DNA from: Eledone cirrhosa
Lineage: Eukaryota
Length of the DNA stretch: 64,000 nt
Assembly (NCBI GenBank): GCA_964016885.1
Contig: OZ024742.1
Coordinates: 58,528,001 to 58,592,000, forward strand
Direction of reading: 5' to 3'
A program made the translations under genes and the position numbers. The notes below the pieces were generated by a model. That model ran no database searches. It was not told the origin of the DNA and saw nothing but the letters and a program-made list of their open reading frames with translations. Shown here in pieces: positions 50,670 to 62,561 of this stretch; the stretch's first letter is position 1, and each line of letters begins with the position of its first letter.

Positions 50670-53180
50670 ATCATCATCATCACCGTTTTACGTCCGTTCT
50701 TCCATGTTAGCATGGGTTAGACGGGTTGTCCTGTTGTGGGCAGTGTCTGGTCGGCTGACCATGCCTTGCTCATACAGGAACTGATTTGGCTTGATTTCTA
50801 CAGCTGGATGCCCTTCCTAACACCAACCTCATTTACAGTGAGTGCTGGGTACTTTTTCTGTGGCGCCTACACGTCCACTTTACAGTGTGGGCTGCGTGCT
50901 TTTTTGCCGTGCCACCTCCACGACCACCTTGCAGTGGGAGGGCATGGGGACATATTGTCTATATGCTTCAGCTTGTACCCATGGGAGGTCGGGTACTCTG
51001 TATTACTGCGTGACGCAAGAGGTCACGGTCGTGTGTCATTCATTGCCTTTGAGAGGTGTAATTGGGTAAGGTCGGCTTTTATCAACTCATCCCAAGTCTT
51101 CTTGGGTCTCCCCACTCCGCGGTCTCCATTGACTCCTAGTGCTCTGCACCTTTTTATGCAGCTGTCATCCTTCATACGCATCACATGTCCATACCAGCGC
51201 AACCGCCTCTCCTGCACACAGCATTTGATTCCTCTTATGCTCAGTCTCTCTCTCAATTCATTTATGCTTTGTCGTTCGCGTATATTACTATTACACATCC
51301 ATCGGAGCATGCAGGCTTCGTTTCTTTCTAATCTACGTAAGTCTTCCACCTTCAGCGCCCAGGTCTCACTACCATGTAACATTGCTGTTCGGATACACGC
51401 ATCATACAGTCTGCCTTTCATTTTGAGGGAGAAGCCTTTTGCAGCTAGCAGTGGCAGTAGTTCCCTAAACTTCTTCCATCCCGTTCTTACCGTAGTTATT
51501 ATACTTTCTGAACACCCACCTCTGCTGCTAATTTGGTCACCTAGGTAGCAGAAGCTGTCTACTGTTTCTACAGAGCCCTCCCAGAGATTGGTGGTACTTG
51601 TTTGCTGTGGCTGTTTGCTGCTTGCTGACCCAGCACAGCTGCTGCATGTGAAGCCTACATTCTTAATTAAGCTTCCTGAGATCCCGCTACATCTCTTGTG
51701 TACCCATTGTTTGCATTTGGGGCAGAGAATGGAGTTCCTACCTACACCTTTCCTACATACTGAGCAAGGCCATTTCCCTGAGGGGATCTGGGTTCTGTTT
51801 TCTCGTCTACTTACAAGGACCTTAGTCTTTGTCATGTTGACTTTGAGACCCTTTCTTTCTAGTCCCTGCTTCCAAGTTTGGAATTTATTCTCTAGTTCTA
51901 CCATAGATTCAGCTATGAGTGCGAGGTCATCAGCATACAGGAGTTAAATTCATCCGGTCTTAAAATCTTCCGTTATTGCCTGCAGGACTATGATGAACAG
52001 GAGAGGGCTAAGAACAGATCCCTGGTGGACCCCAACCTGTACGCTAAATTCCTCGCTATACTCATTGCTAATCCTAACTTTGCTGACTGCTCCCCTATAC
52101 ATGGCTTGTACAGCGTTCACAAGCCATTCATCTACTACTAGTTTTCTAAGAGCCCACCAGATTACAGCACGTGGAACTCTGTCAAAGGCTTTCTCGAGAT
52201 CGATGAATGCCAGGTAGAGTGGCTTACTTTTAGCTAGGTACTTTTCCTGTAACTGCCTCACAAGGAAGAGGGCATCAGTGGTGCTTCTTCCTGGTACAAA
52301 CCCAAATTGCATCTCATCTATTTTCACCCGGTCCCTAATCAACTGTGCTATAACTCTTTCTGTTACTTTCATGACCTGGTCCATCAGCTTTATACCTCTA
52401 TAGTTTCCTCTATCTAGTGCATCACTTTTACCTTTGTAGCAGTTGACAATGATGCTAATGCACCAATATTTTGGTATGACACCTTCTAGTATTACCTGGT
52501 TAACAATACGTGTGGTTATAGTGTGACCTACAGACCCAGATGCCTTCAGCATCTTGGCAGCTATACCCGATGGACCGGTTGCCTTCCCCATCTTCATATC
52601 TTTGATTGCCTTACTTACTACGCTGCTGCTGACTTGTACTGCTGGCCCCTCTATAGGGTCTACTTGGGGTAGGGTCTCTTCTTCCCATGCATTCTCCTCA
52701 TTTAGTAATCTATCATAATGGCTCTTCCATGCATCTTTCTTCTCAGCACTTTGGAGGGCAAGCTCACCTTTATCATTCCGGATACACTTCTCTCCAATGA
52801 CCTCACAATTCTCTCTGACACACTGCCTCGCAATCTTGAACACCTCCTGTTTCTGGTCCTCACGTTGCAAAACATGCTTGAATTTTCTATCCTCTGCTTC
52901 CCTCCTAGCTAAGTATACTTGTCGCCTAGCTTCCCTCTTGGTCTCTATGTAATGTACCCTGCTCCCCCCGTTCTTCCATTCTTTCCATGCCTGTCTCTTG
53001 GCCTTGACTGCTTCATCTACCTTATTGTTCCACTACCAAGTCACTCTCCTCCTGCTTGAGGTCTTACTCCAGCCAAGGACCTCATCCGTCGCCTCTAGTA
53101 AGTTATTTTTTAGGAACTCCCAGTGCTCTTTTACATTGAATGTCTCTATCTGTTCTTCTTTACTGTCGTAGGCGTTGTGA
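50670..53180 (-). mobile_element. 5'-truncated RTE-clade LINE (PHD family, subfamily A), lightly mutated
   Basis: ORFs 51950-52870 and 51023-51904. Near-identical to 30364-32344. Confidence 0.95.
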
Positions 53181-53799
53181 TGATATATATGTAATTGTAG
53201 TCAAAATGAGAGAGAGAAAAATAGACAGAGAGGAGGGTGATGGTAAAGTCGAAGGGAGAGATAGAAAGACAGAGAGAGATAGAGATAGTGAAAGAGAGAG
53301 AGAGAGCTAGCAAGAGAGAGAGAGAGAGAGAGAGAGATAGTATGCAAAGTATTAAACTTTCAAAGCACTGATGAGTTATGAAATTCATAGAAAATCTAGC
53401 AAATTGAGATGCAGAAAATAACTGTAAACACAGTCAGTTGCTATAAATAATAGTTTAGAAAATCGGGTAAAATACCGCTATGTATGGAAAAACAAGTGGC
53501 CAGCAACGACTACAAAGCACTTGGAAATTGTTACTTTGCATACTATGTTGTTTAGATTCAAAAGCTGTTCAATTTAGGTTTCTAATTTAGATGGAGACCG
53601 TTGTCAGAGATCCCTTAGCGCAATGGTTAAAGCAATCAACTGGTGTTAGAAAGATATGAAGTCCTTCGTAGAGGTCGGTGACTACTTTTTTTCATCTTAG
53701 AGGGGTATTTTACCTAATTTTCTAAACAATCCTTTATAGTGACCAACACTATTTACAGTAATTTTCTGCATCTGAGTTTTGTAAATCCCCCTCTATTCT

Positions 53800-53855
<56 letters not shown>

Positions 53856-54039
53856 GCATATATGTATACAGATGTACAGTAGTATGTATATATATACATA
53901 CATGCACACATATATATGTACATATGGGTTTACCGAACATTTATTATAATGTTCGGTTTGTTTGTAAACAAACAGCCCGAATTAAGCCGTACAGTGTTCG
54001 GCAACCATCGTTGCCCTTTTGTTCAACACTGACAAAGGA

Positions 54040-54082
54040 ACGATGAACTAGTTTCTAGCTTATTAGCTGTCATCAGCACCGT
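54040..54082 (-). ncRNA. Minimal type I hammerhead ribozyme
   Basis: ACGGUG-CUGAUGA-cAGCUaauaAGCUa-GAA-ACUAGU-U-CAUCGU: core boxes intact, stem I pairs (one G-U), palindromic stem III. The 10.1-11.1 position is a C-A mismatch. Confidence 0.7.
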
Positions 54083-54592
54083 ATACCTTCCTGTCAGTCG
54101 ATTGAATGTTTGAAAGTATATACTTTCCTTATGCATATTAACGGCTGAGCAGTCTAATTTGCATATCGAGTGAGTTAGTCGGCCAGGCGTACCGAAAACG
54201 ATAAATGGAAAAAATGAAATTTCATTTCTCACTGTTAGTACGGCTGATACTTAAATATAAGTATGTATACGTACATACATATATGTATGCAGACGTACAG
54301 TAGTATGTATATATATACATACATACACACATATATATATGTACGTATGGGTTTACCGAACATTTATTATAAACATGTTTGTAAACATACATATATGTAT
54401 GTACATATACATACTTATATTTAAGTATCAACCGTACTAAGAGTGAGAAATGAAATTTAATTTTTTCCATTTATCGTTTTCAATACGCCCGGTCGACTAA
54501 CTCACTCGATATGCAAATTAGGCTGCTCAGCCGTTAATATGCATAAGGAAAGTATATACTTTCAAACGTTCAATCGACTGACAGGAAGGTAT

Positions 54593-54635
54593 ACAGTGCT
54601 GATGACAGCTAATAAGCTAGAAACTAGTTCATCGT
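54593..54635 (+). ncRNA. Minimal type I hammerhead ribozyme (second copy)
   Basis: acagtg-ctgatga-cagctaataagcta-gaaactagtt-catcgt; one stem I mismatch relative to the other copy. Confidence 0.65.
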
Positions 54636-55851
54636 TCCTTTGTCAGTGTTGAACAAAAGGGCAACGATGGTTGCCGAACACTGTACGGCTTAATTCAGGC
54701 TGTTTGTTTACAAACAAACTGAACATTATAATAAATGTTTGGTAAACCCATACGTACATATATATGTGTGCATGTATGTATATATATATACATACTACTG
54801 TACGTCTGCATACATATATGTATGTACGTATACATACTTATATTTAAGTATCAGCCGTACTAAGAGTGAGAAATGAAATTTCATTTTTTCCATTTATATA
54901 TATATATATACTCGAATAATGAGAAAAACTCAATGCAAGAATAACTGTTAAAACAGCAAAAGCTATCAATGATAGTGCCAGGTAAAATTTACCTCAGAGG
55001 ACAGAAATCAGCAGCTAGAAGTATGCTGGCTCACAGAAGTGATCGGAAGAAAGGAGCAAAGAAAGAAAATGAACGAGACAAAATCACACACACATCGTTT
55101 CAGCTCTTCAGCTCTCAGACCAGCTGTAGTTTTGCATGATTTATCTTGAGAGGATTACATAAAATTGCTGGCTCATGCAACAGAAAATATATATTTCTGC
55201 TGGTATGATGTATGCATAATAAAATTAACAAATTCAATAGACAGACAGATCAGAGAGAGAGAAGTAAAATGCGTCTATCCGACACCATGTCACCATTAGA
55301 AAGGACAACAAGCCCTGGCGCTGCAGAAGTGGCAACAAGCAGAACTATTCTTGCGTTGAGTTTTTTTCTTTATTCTGTGAATTCTAATACACTTACTTGC
55401 GCTTCAACTCGATCTTCGAGAAAACTTTGTTTATATTTTTATCACAGCTATAGTAGCTTGCTATGTTGTCATATGGTTGATTAGATTGGTCAATTTATTC
55501 ATTGAAGTGTGGCAGATATGTGTATGTGTTAAGATGTATGATTGCCATAGCCAGTAGTGAATAACTTTATTAATGAATATCTTGCTTTGAAGTTATTGTA
55601 TAACATAGGAAAAACCAGAAGGAATCACAGTAAAATTGTCTATTATGTTTGTGTGATGATTTAGCATGGATGCTTGTAGTAATAGTAGTCTTAAAAGTTG
55701 TATGTAACTAACCTTGGATGATATCGAATGCAAGAATGACTATCTTAGCTTGCTGACTGAAGAGGGCCGAGGCCCAGCAGTTTGGAGTGAGTCTGTTGAC
55801 AAACTACATCTTTCATGAATGGAATCAAACTGGTTATTTATGAGATGTCTG

Positions 55852-55883
<32 letters not shown>

Positions 55884-55889
55884 TGTTTA

Positions 55890-57560
55890 ACGTCTACTCC
55901 GTAGCTGCCATCAATTTTGATCGCCCTGCACTTTTTTTATACAGCTGTCGTCTTTCATGCGCATCACGTGACCATACCAACGTAGTCTCCTCTCGAGTAA
56001 ACAGCATCTGATCCCTCTTATTCCTAATTTCTCACTTAGTTCATTTATGCTTTGCTGTTCACATATATTACTATTACACATCCAACGGAGTATGCAAGCT
56101 TCGTTCCTCTCCAGTCTGCGCAGATCCTCTGCACACAATGCCCAGGTCTCACTGCCATGTAACATTGCTGTTCGTATGCAGGCATCATACAGTCTGCCTT
56201 TCATATTTAGAGAGAACCCTTTAGCGGCCAATAGTAGTATAAGCTCTCTGAACTTTTTCCATCCCGTCCTGACTCTGGCTACTGTACTTTCAGAACACCC
56301 TCCACCACTGCTGATTTTGTCACCCAGGTAACAGAAGGTGTCCACTATTTCTATAGAACTAAAGGAAAATAATGTTTCTCTTTGTTGAATAAATAAATGA
56401 ACAATCAAATCTAACGATCATTTTATTAAATGCGATAATTTAATAAATTTCCTACAACGTCAATATTTTGAGGAGCGAATCCTTTCACGTCTGTTCATGT
56501 CCACGGTCCAAGAAAGTGAGTGAACCTGCGTCTGTGACCGGATGTATAATGCCTCCGCTCTCTGAAGAGTTGTTAAGGGGAGGCAACTGCTAGTTGCTAA
56601 GCGACCATCTAGGCAATGGAATGAGCTAGTATCCTGTGAGCACTTGCTACTTATTGCACCTGAGCACCGGCCGCATATAAAATTTATGTTCTTAGTTAGT
56701 TTACCTGTGATCCGACTACATCTTTTATGCACCCATACTTTGCATTTGGGACATAAAATGGAGTTTCTGCCTACTCCTTTCCTACACACTGAGCATGGCC
56801 ATTTCCCAGATGGGATCAGTGCCCTATTTTCCTTCCTACATACTAGAACTTAAGTCTTAGACAAGCTAACTTTAAAGCCTTTTGATTCTAGGCCATGCTT
56901 CCATGTTTGGAATTTCTTCTCTAGTTCAGCCATCAATTCAGCTATGAGCGTTAGATCATCTGCATATAGAAGTTCCCATGGGCAGCCGGTCTTGAACTCC
57001 TCTGTTATAGCCTGAAGGGCAATAATAAATAGTAGGGGGCTAAGGACGGAGCTCTGATGAACACCAACTTTTACTCTAAACTCTTCACTATATTCGTTGT
57101 TAATTCTAACCTTGCTGACTGTTTCTTTATACATGGCTTGTATAGCTCTCACAAGCCATTCATCAACACCTAGTTTTCTAAGAGCCCACCAGATAATGGA
57201 GCGGGGGACTCTGTCAAATGCTTTCTCCAAGTCAACAAAAGCTAAGTATAGGGGTTTACTTTTAGCTAGGTACTTCTCCTGTAGTTGCCGTACAAGGAAA
57301 AGAGCGTCTGTGGTACTTTTACCTGACACAAACCCAAACTGCATTTCATTTAGATCAATTCGCTCTCTGATTAGTTGCGCTATAACTCTTTCTGTGACCT
57401 TCATGACCTGGTCAATTATTTTAACGCCACTATAGTTTCCCCTATCTAGGGCATCTCCTTTACCCTTGTAGCAGTTAATGATGATGCTGCTACGCCAGTC
57501 ATTTGGTATGACCCCATTATGTATGACTTGGTTTACTATCTGGGTGACCATAGTGTGTCT
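55890..57560 (-). mobile_element. RTE-clade LINE (PHD family, subfamily B) fragment interrupted by a 246-bp insertion
   Basis: ORFs 56850-57632, 56460-56789 and 55911-56408 match the 41543-43663 protein. Confidence 0.92.
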
Positions 57561-57792
57561 GATATTCTTGACAATAAACAGATAGCCTCTCAAAAAATAT
57601 TCCTTTAGACAATTTGGTGATACGAATCCCAAATCAAAGGAAGTAAAATACGTTTGGTACAGTATGAAGGAAATTGTTTATCTATGAAGCCAGAAGGTCA
57701 GTGTGTGTGGCTGTGTGGTCACAGTGATTTATTTAGCCAACCAGGGAATAAAAATTTAAATATCTCTGTTTAGATTCGCCTCACATACACAC

Positions 57793-57837
<45 letters not shown>

Positions 57838-58669
57838 AACGAGTAGGACCCCATTACCCACTCTACTACCCTAAGTATTGAGTACTTTGGTGGGTTATGG
57901 TCCATCTGGTTCCTTACCACATTTCCTTCGTTATATATATATATATAGTGACGAAACATAAGTCAATTGCATGAACTCATAATCCTTTATTTACTATATA
58001 TATATTTCGATGGTACCCATTGAATGGCTATGACCTCATGAGTTCTTAGATATGCCAGCTCTGTGTTTATAGTGTTGATGGTATCAGAGCCTTGGGATAT
58101 ATGAGCTTGTTAGGAATAATTTAATGTTGTCAGCAGGAATAGTCTTAATTCTCATTGGTCAGTTTGTAGATGCTAGTAGGGTTGGTATTTGACCTCAAAG
58201 AGGCAGGTGGTGTTGTAAAGTTCAAACCACCAGGCAAGATGACAATAGTTCCATATGACTGATTTTCACAAAAAGCATTCCTGGTCAGATATATATTCAA
58301 TTAAGGTTAATAGTATGAAATAGATACTACAGGTCATTCTTAAATTGAGGAATATATATATATATATATATATTCTACGTTTGGTACTTCTTTTAGTGCT
58401 TGTCAAACCACTAATTTCAAGATAGAAAGAGAAACAAACAGCACTATATTGTTAAGTGTATAAATATAAACGTAGACACTGACATATATTTATTTCACAC
58501 ACAAACACACACGATACACATTTAAACAACATACATGCACAAATGCACCTCTATATACAACAGACTTCTGTACAGTTTCTGTCTACCAAATTACACTTAC
58601 AAAACAATGACAATGATAATCATATATACATACACAGGCACATTCACACATACACACATGAATACATCC

Positions 58670-60715
58670 TGAAGTACAGGAAAGCATTTGATTCTGTTCC
58701 CCACTCTTGGATGATAGAGGACCTGTCTTCTTATTGGGCTACTATCCTAAAGTTAAATACAGAGAAGGAGGACTATTTTTAATGATAAAATAGAATATCA
58801 CAGGGGTATATTTCAAGAAGGCAGTCTCTCTGTGTTACTATTTATACTGTCATTAAGCCTCTTGTCCTTTTTGCTGAATAAATATGAAAGATATATAATT
58901 GGTTCACAGGAGGACAGGAATACTAACTTAACTCATGACTTCTTTATGGATAATCTCAAACTTTATGCCAAGAACATAAATGAGATGAAGAAAAACTTTG
59001 ACCTTATTACAACATTCTTGAAGTATATAGAAATGGAGTTTGGCGAGGATAAATGTTCATATATGATTGTAAAGCAGGGAAAAACTACAAGCCAATTTAG
59101 CAACATTTCTATCAATGGCTTAACTGTTTCTCCGGTTTATGTAAAGGACTGCTACAGATAATTAGGGATAAATGAAAATATATCCTATGATTATATTTGT
59201 AATAAGGAAAGCAAAACCAGGGAATATAACACCCGAATTAGAAAAATATGGTCTACTGAACTCTCTGAACACAATAAATCAGTGACCACAATATGTTGCT
59301 GTGCCTGTCTTGACAACAACATTTGGCATACTTGAGTGGATTTTAGATGAAATCCGAGCCATCAATGTTTAAACCCTCAAAATTGTAACCAGCACCAGAA
59401 ATTTGTACATTAACAGTGACATAGACCACTTCTACCTGAAACATAAACAGGAAGGCAGAGGCATTTCATCAATTCAGATAGCATATCCATCCAAAATTAT
59501 CTACGAACCATCAAGTGTAGGAGCTCGTCTATTGAACAAGTTAGTCTACAGGAGACAGGTGACATCATGAGAGTTGAGAAGGAGCTCCTCAAGAAATGTT
59601 CCCTGCATGATAACCAAAAATTCACACCAAGGGAAATTGCACAGCAATACCACCATGGCTATGTTACCAGGAGGTTCCAAAGTGAGAGTAATATAGATAA
59701 GTAAAGTAGTCTGTATTGGACCAACAACCACTATATTGGCTCCCATTTTTGGAATATAAGAACAGGAAATAACTACAAAATAGATGATTCACAAAAGAGA
59801 TAGAGATGCAGGCAAAACACCTAAATATGACAACAGATGCGGACTGTGGAATTAACATTGAAGATGTCATCCATATCATCAGCAGCTGTCCAAAGATGTC
59901 ATCACAGTACTATCTATCTATATAATGCAATCGGTAGAAAGGATAGCCCTGATAATAAACACATTAAAAGTTACAGGAATGTAGATGACATATACATACA
60001 TAATAAGAAAGAGTACTGGTGGAATGTTCCCGTCAAAACTCCAGTAAAATGCAGGCATAACAGACCAGATATAATTGTTTCTACTTTTTGGCACAAGGCC
60101 AGCAATTATCCAGTGCATTACTGGTACTTTATTTTATCGACCCCGTAAGGATGAAAGGCAAAGTTAACCTCGGCGGGATAATGATATGGGACAAGGAAAA
60201 GAAAGCATGCACAGTAGTGGAAGTTAGCTGCCCAGCAAGTGCCAATATAATATTAAAGATTAGCGAAAAGGAGAATATCTATGCAAAACTAATGAGAAAT
60301 CTGCAGATACTCCACCCTGATTATACCTTCAGATTTATACCTGTTATTATTGGGGCACTGGGATATGTTAGTAACTGCCTCAGTAAAAATCTTGTGAGGC
60401 TAGGCTTCACAGAAACAGAAAGAACACTAGTTAGGAAATTACAAGTACAATCCATTACAGGAACAGTAAAAATATGTAAAACATTTCAAAAATTCTGCAT
60501 CTAATAACTGCATGTACACATACAAAGCATATGCACATATACACATATAACTCAAAACATCCACATCCACACATACATTAACATCCATACCTGCACACAC
60601 ACATGCATGCATGCAGACATGCATACATATTTATCTAGTTGATGTTGTTTAAATTCTAATGAGAGAGTCTTATATCTATGTTAGAAACTGACTCTCTCTC
60701 TATTGGTATCACAAC
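58670..60715 (+). mobile_element. Degenerate R4/Dong-like (RLE) LINE
   Basis: KAFDSVPHSW, FMDNLKLYAK, CHNRPDI../MIWDK..CTVVEVSCP, PVIIGALG. Confidence 0.8.
60076..60177 (-). mobile_element. 5'-truncated Meta-like SINE inserted in the RLE domain
   Basis: Splits RPD-IMIW. Flanked by ataat at 60071-60075 and 60178-60182. Confidence 0.8.
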
Positions 60716-60857
60716 ATATATATATATATATAAACAATTAAGTTAAAGATGTACATCCATATATGTATACTGAAATACTAGTATGTATATGAATACACAC
60801 ACGTATACATATGTAGATGTACCAAGTTTTTTCACTGGTCACTTTACTGTGTGGTTT

Positions 60858-60919
<62 letters not shown>

Positions 60920-61087
60920 TTTATAGTCCTATACGAGCGAGACAAGTGGGACAATTCCCGTCTAACCCATGTTAGCGTGGAAGATAGACGTTAAACGATG
61001 ATGATGATGATATATATATATATATATTTCAATTTAGTAGTCAAATACAATTATTAAGCTCTAAGAAAATACTTCTGAGCATTACAG

Positions 61088-61240
61088 TACAATTAAAAAA
61101 AATATATGATCAACACTAATGTGTTTTTTTTGCAAAATGACAATAATATATGTACTTGAATTAAGGTATTTCTATCTGGCTAAAAAATTATTGTCATTTT
61201 GCAAAAAAAACACATTAGTGTTGATCATATATTTTTTTAA

Positions 61241-61246
<6 letters not shown>
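61088..61246. repeat. Near-perfect inverted repeat (60-bp arms, ~40-bp spacer), MITE-like
   Basis: tacaatt..gatcaacactaatgtg..gcaaaatgacaataat and its reverse complement at 61188-61246. Confidence 0.9.
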
Positions 61247-61279
<33 letters not shown>

Positions 61280-61440
61280 TTTCTTTGAAATACCTAATTT
61301 TATAATGAAGATTTTATATTTCTATCACCGGTTTCTGACACAAGGGTAGGTAATTTAAGAGTTTATTGTTCAGGGGGAGACAATCGAAGGACATTACTTG
61401 TGTGTTTGAAGATCTTTCTTTCATTCACATGGAACTAAAC

Positions 61441-62353
61441 ATGTTTTCTTTAAGGATTTTCATTGGGAAAATACGCCAAGTTGACAGGCTCAGTTTCATT
61501 TTATCACAGTCATGTTCTTTGTCGACTTCAAGAAAACATTTTAACGACACACTTCCATCAACAACAACAGAAAATGTAGACCAACACGCCAACGTACCAA
61601 CTCCCCTAGTTTTACCCTTGATGACGAGTCGTAAGTTGAGTTATCCCAACAAATCTAAAGACGGCGTACAAACATGGCTCGAAACTCTGAATACCATTGA
61701 TAATGAAAAACTCGGAATGGTTGATCTTCATCCTGATATTTTCGCTACATTTCCGCGGTTGGATGTAATTCATACGAATATTCGATGGCAGAATAAATAC
61801 AAACTTATACGTTACGATTGGGAACCAACTCGTGCCGAGATGAGAGGCGGGGGTAGAAAACCCTGGCCTCAGAAAGGTTTGGGTAAAGCTAGACACGGTA
61901 GCAACAGATCACCGATCTGGTTAAGAGGTGGACGAGCCCACGGCCCACGCGGACCCGAAAGTTTTTATTATATGTTACCGAGCCATCAGCGTGTGTTAGG
62001 TCTGAGATCTGCATTGACTGTGAAATTAGCTCAGATGGACTTACATATTGTCGATTCTTTAGAAATCCCAACGGACGAACCTGACTATATTGAAAGTTTA
62101 TTTGCTTCTAGGTTTTGGGGGTTTTCAGGTCTTTTTGTTGATGACACGGATTTCATGCCTCGAAACATCTCCATTGCTCTGAACAAATTGAAACACTTCA
62201 ATTTAATGCCGGTTTATGGATTAAATGTATATAGTATGTTGAAACACGAGACTCTGGTGTTGACAGTGGCTGCAGTGGAGAAGATCGAACAGAAATTGTT
62301 ATTTCAGCTTCATAAGACAGAAAAAGAAAAGAAAAGTACTGTAGGATATTGGT

Positions 62354-62355
<2 letters not shown>
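61441..62355 (+). CDS. MRPL4: Mitochondrial large-subunit ribosomal protein uL4m, single coding exon (alternative in-frame ATG at 61429)
   Basis: L4 signature RAEMRGGGRKPWPQKGLGKARHGSNRSPIWLRGGRAHGPR, plus LHPDIFATFPRLD and GLNVYSMLKHETLVLT. Arg/Ser-rich N-terminal presequence-like stretch. No stops or frameshifts. AATAAA at 62460-62465. Confidence 0.93.
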
Positions 62356-62408
<53 letters not shown>

Positions 62409-62500
62409 ACGCGCGTTTCGCAATTGATCAGCTCAAGGCTCGATCTGGCCCGATTCTGGAATAAAAAACTCGTCGGACATCTGTTATGGATGTTGCAGTC

Positions 62501-62561
<61 letters not shown>

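Larger units (their letters stand above)
53851..54897. repeat. Inverted pair of >1-unit copies of a ~423-bp hammerhead-containing monomer, between (TA)n runs
   Basis: Forward block 53851-54372 (atgggtttacc at 53924 and 54347). Reverse block ~54386-54897 (gagtgagaaatg at 54441 and 54864). Confidence 0.92.

Noticed and set aside
53611-53695. tRNA-like A-box (tagcgcaatggttaaagc) followed by a T run
   Set aside because: No convincing B-box or cloverleaf; at best a decayed SINE head.
60655-60700. ctaatga...gaaactg hammerhead-like spacing in the R4-like 3' UTR (also 15770-15810 on minus and 15481-15530)
   Set aside because: Core nucleotides or stems are broken, so it cannot be supported without a family consensus.
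61366-61428. Longer TTG-initiated start for MRPL4 given by the ORF track
   Set aside because: Eukaryotic nuclear gene; ATG at 61429 or 61441 (A at -3) is more plausible.
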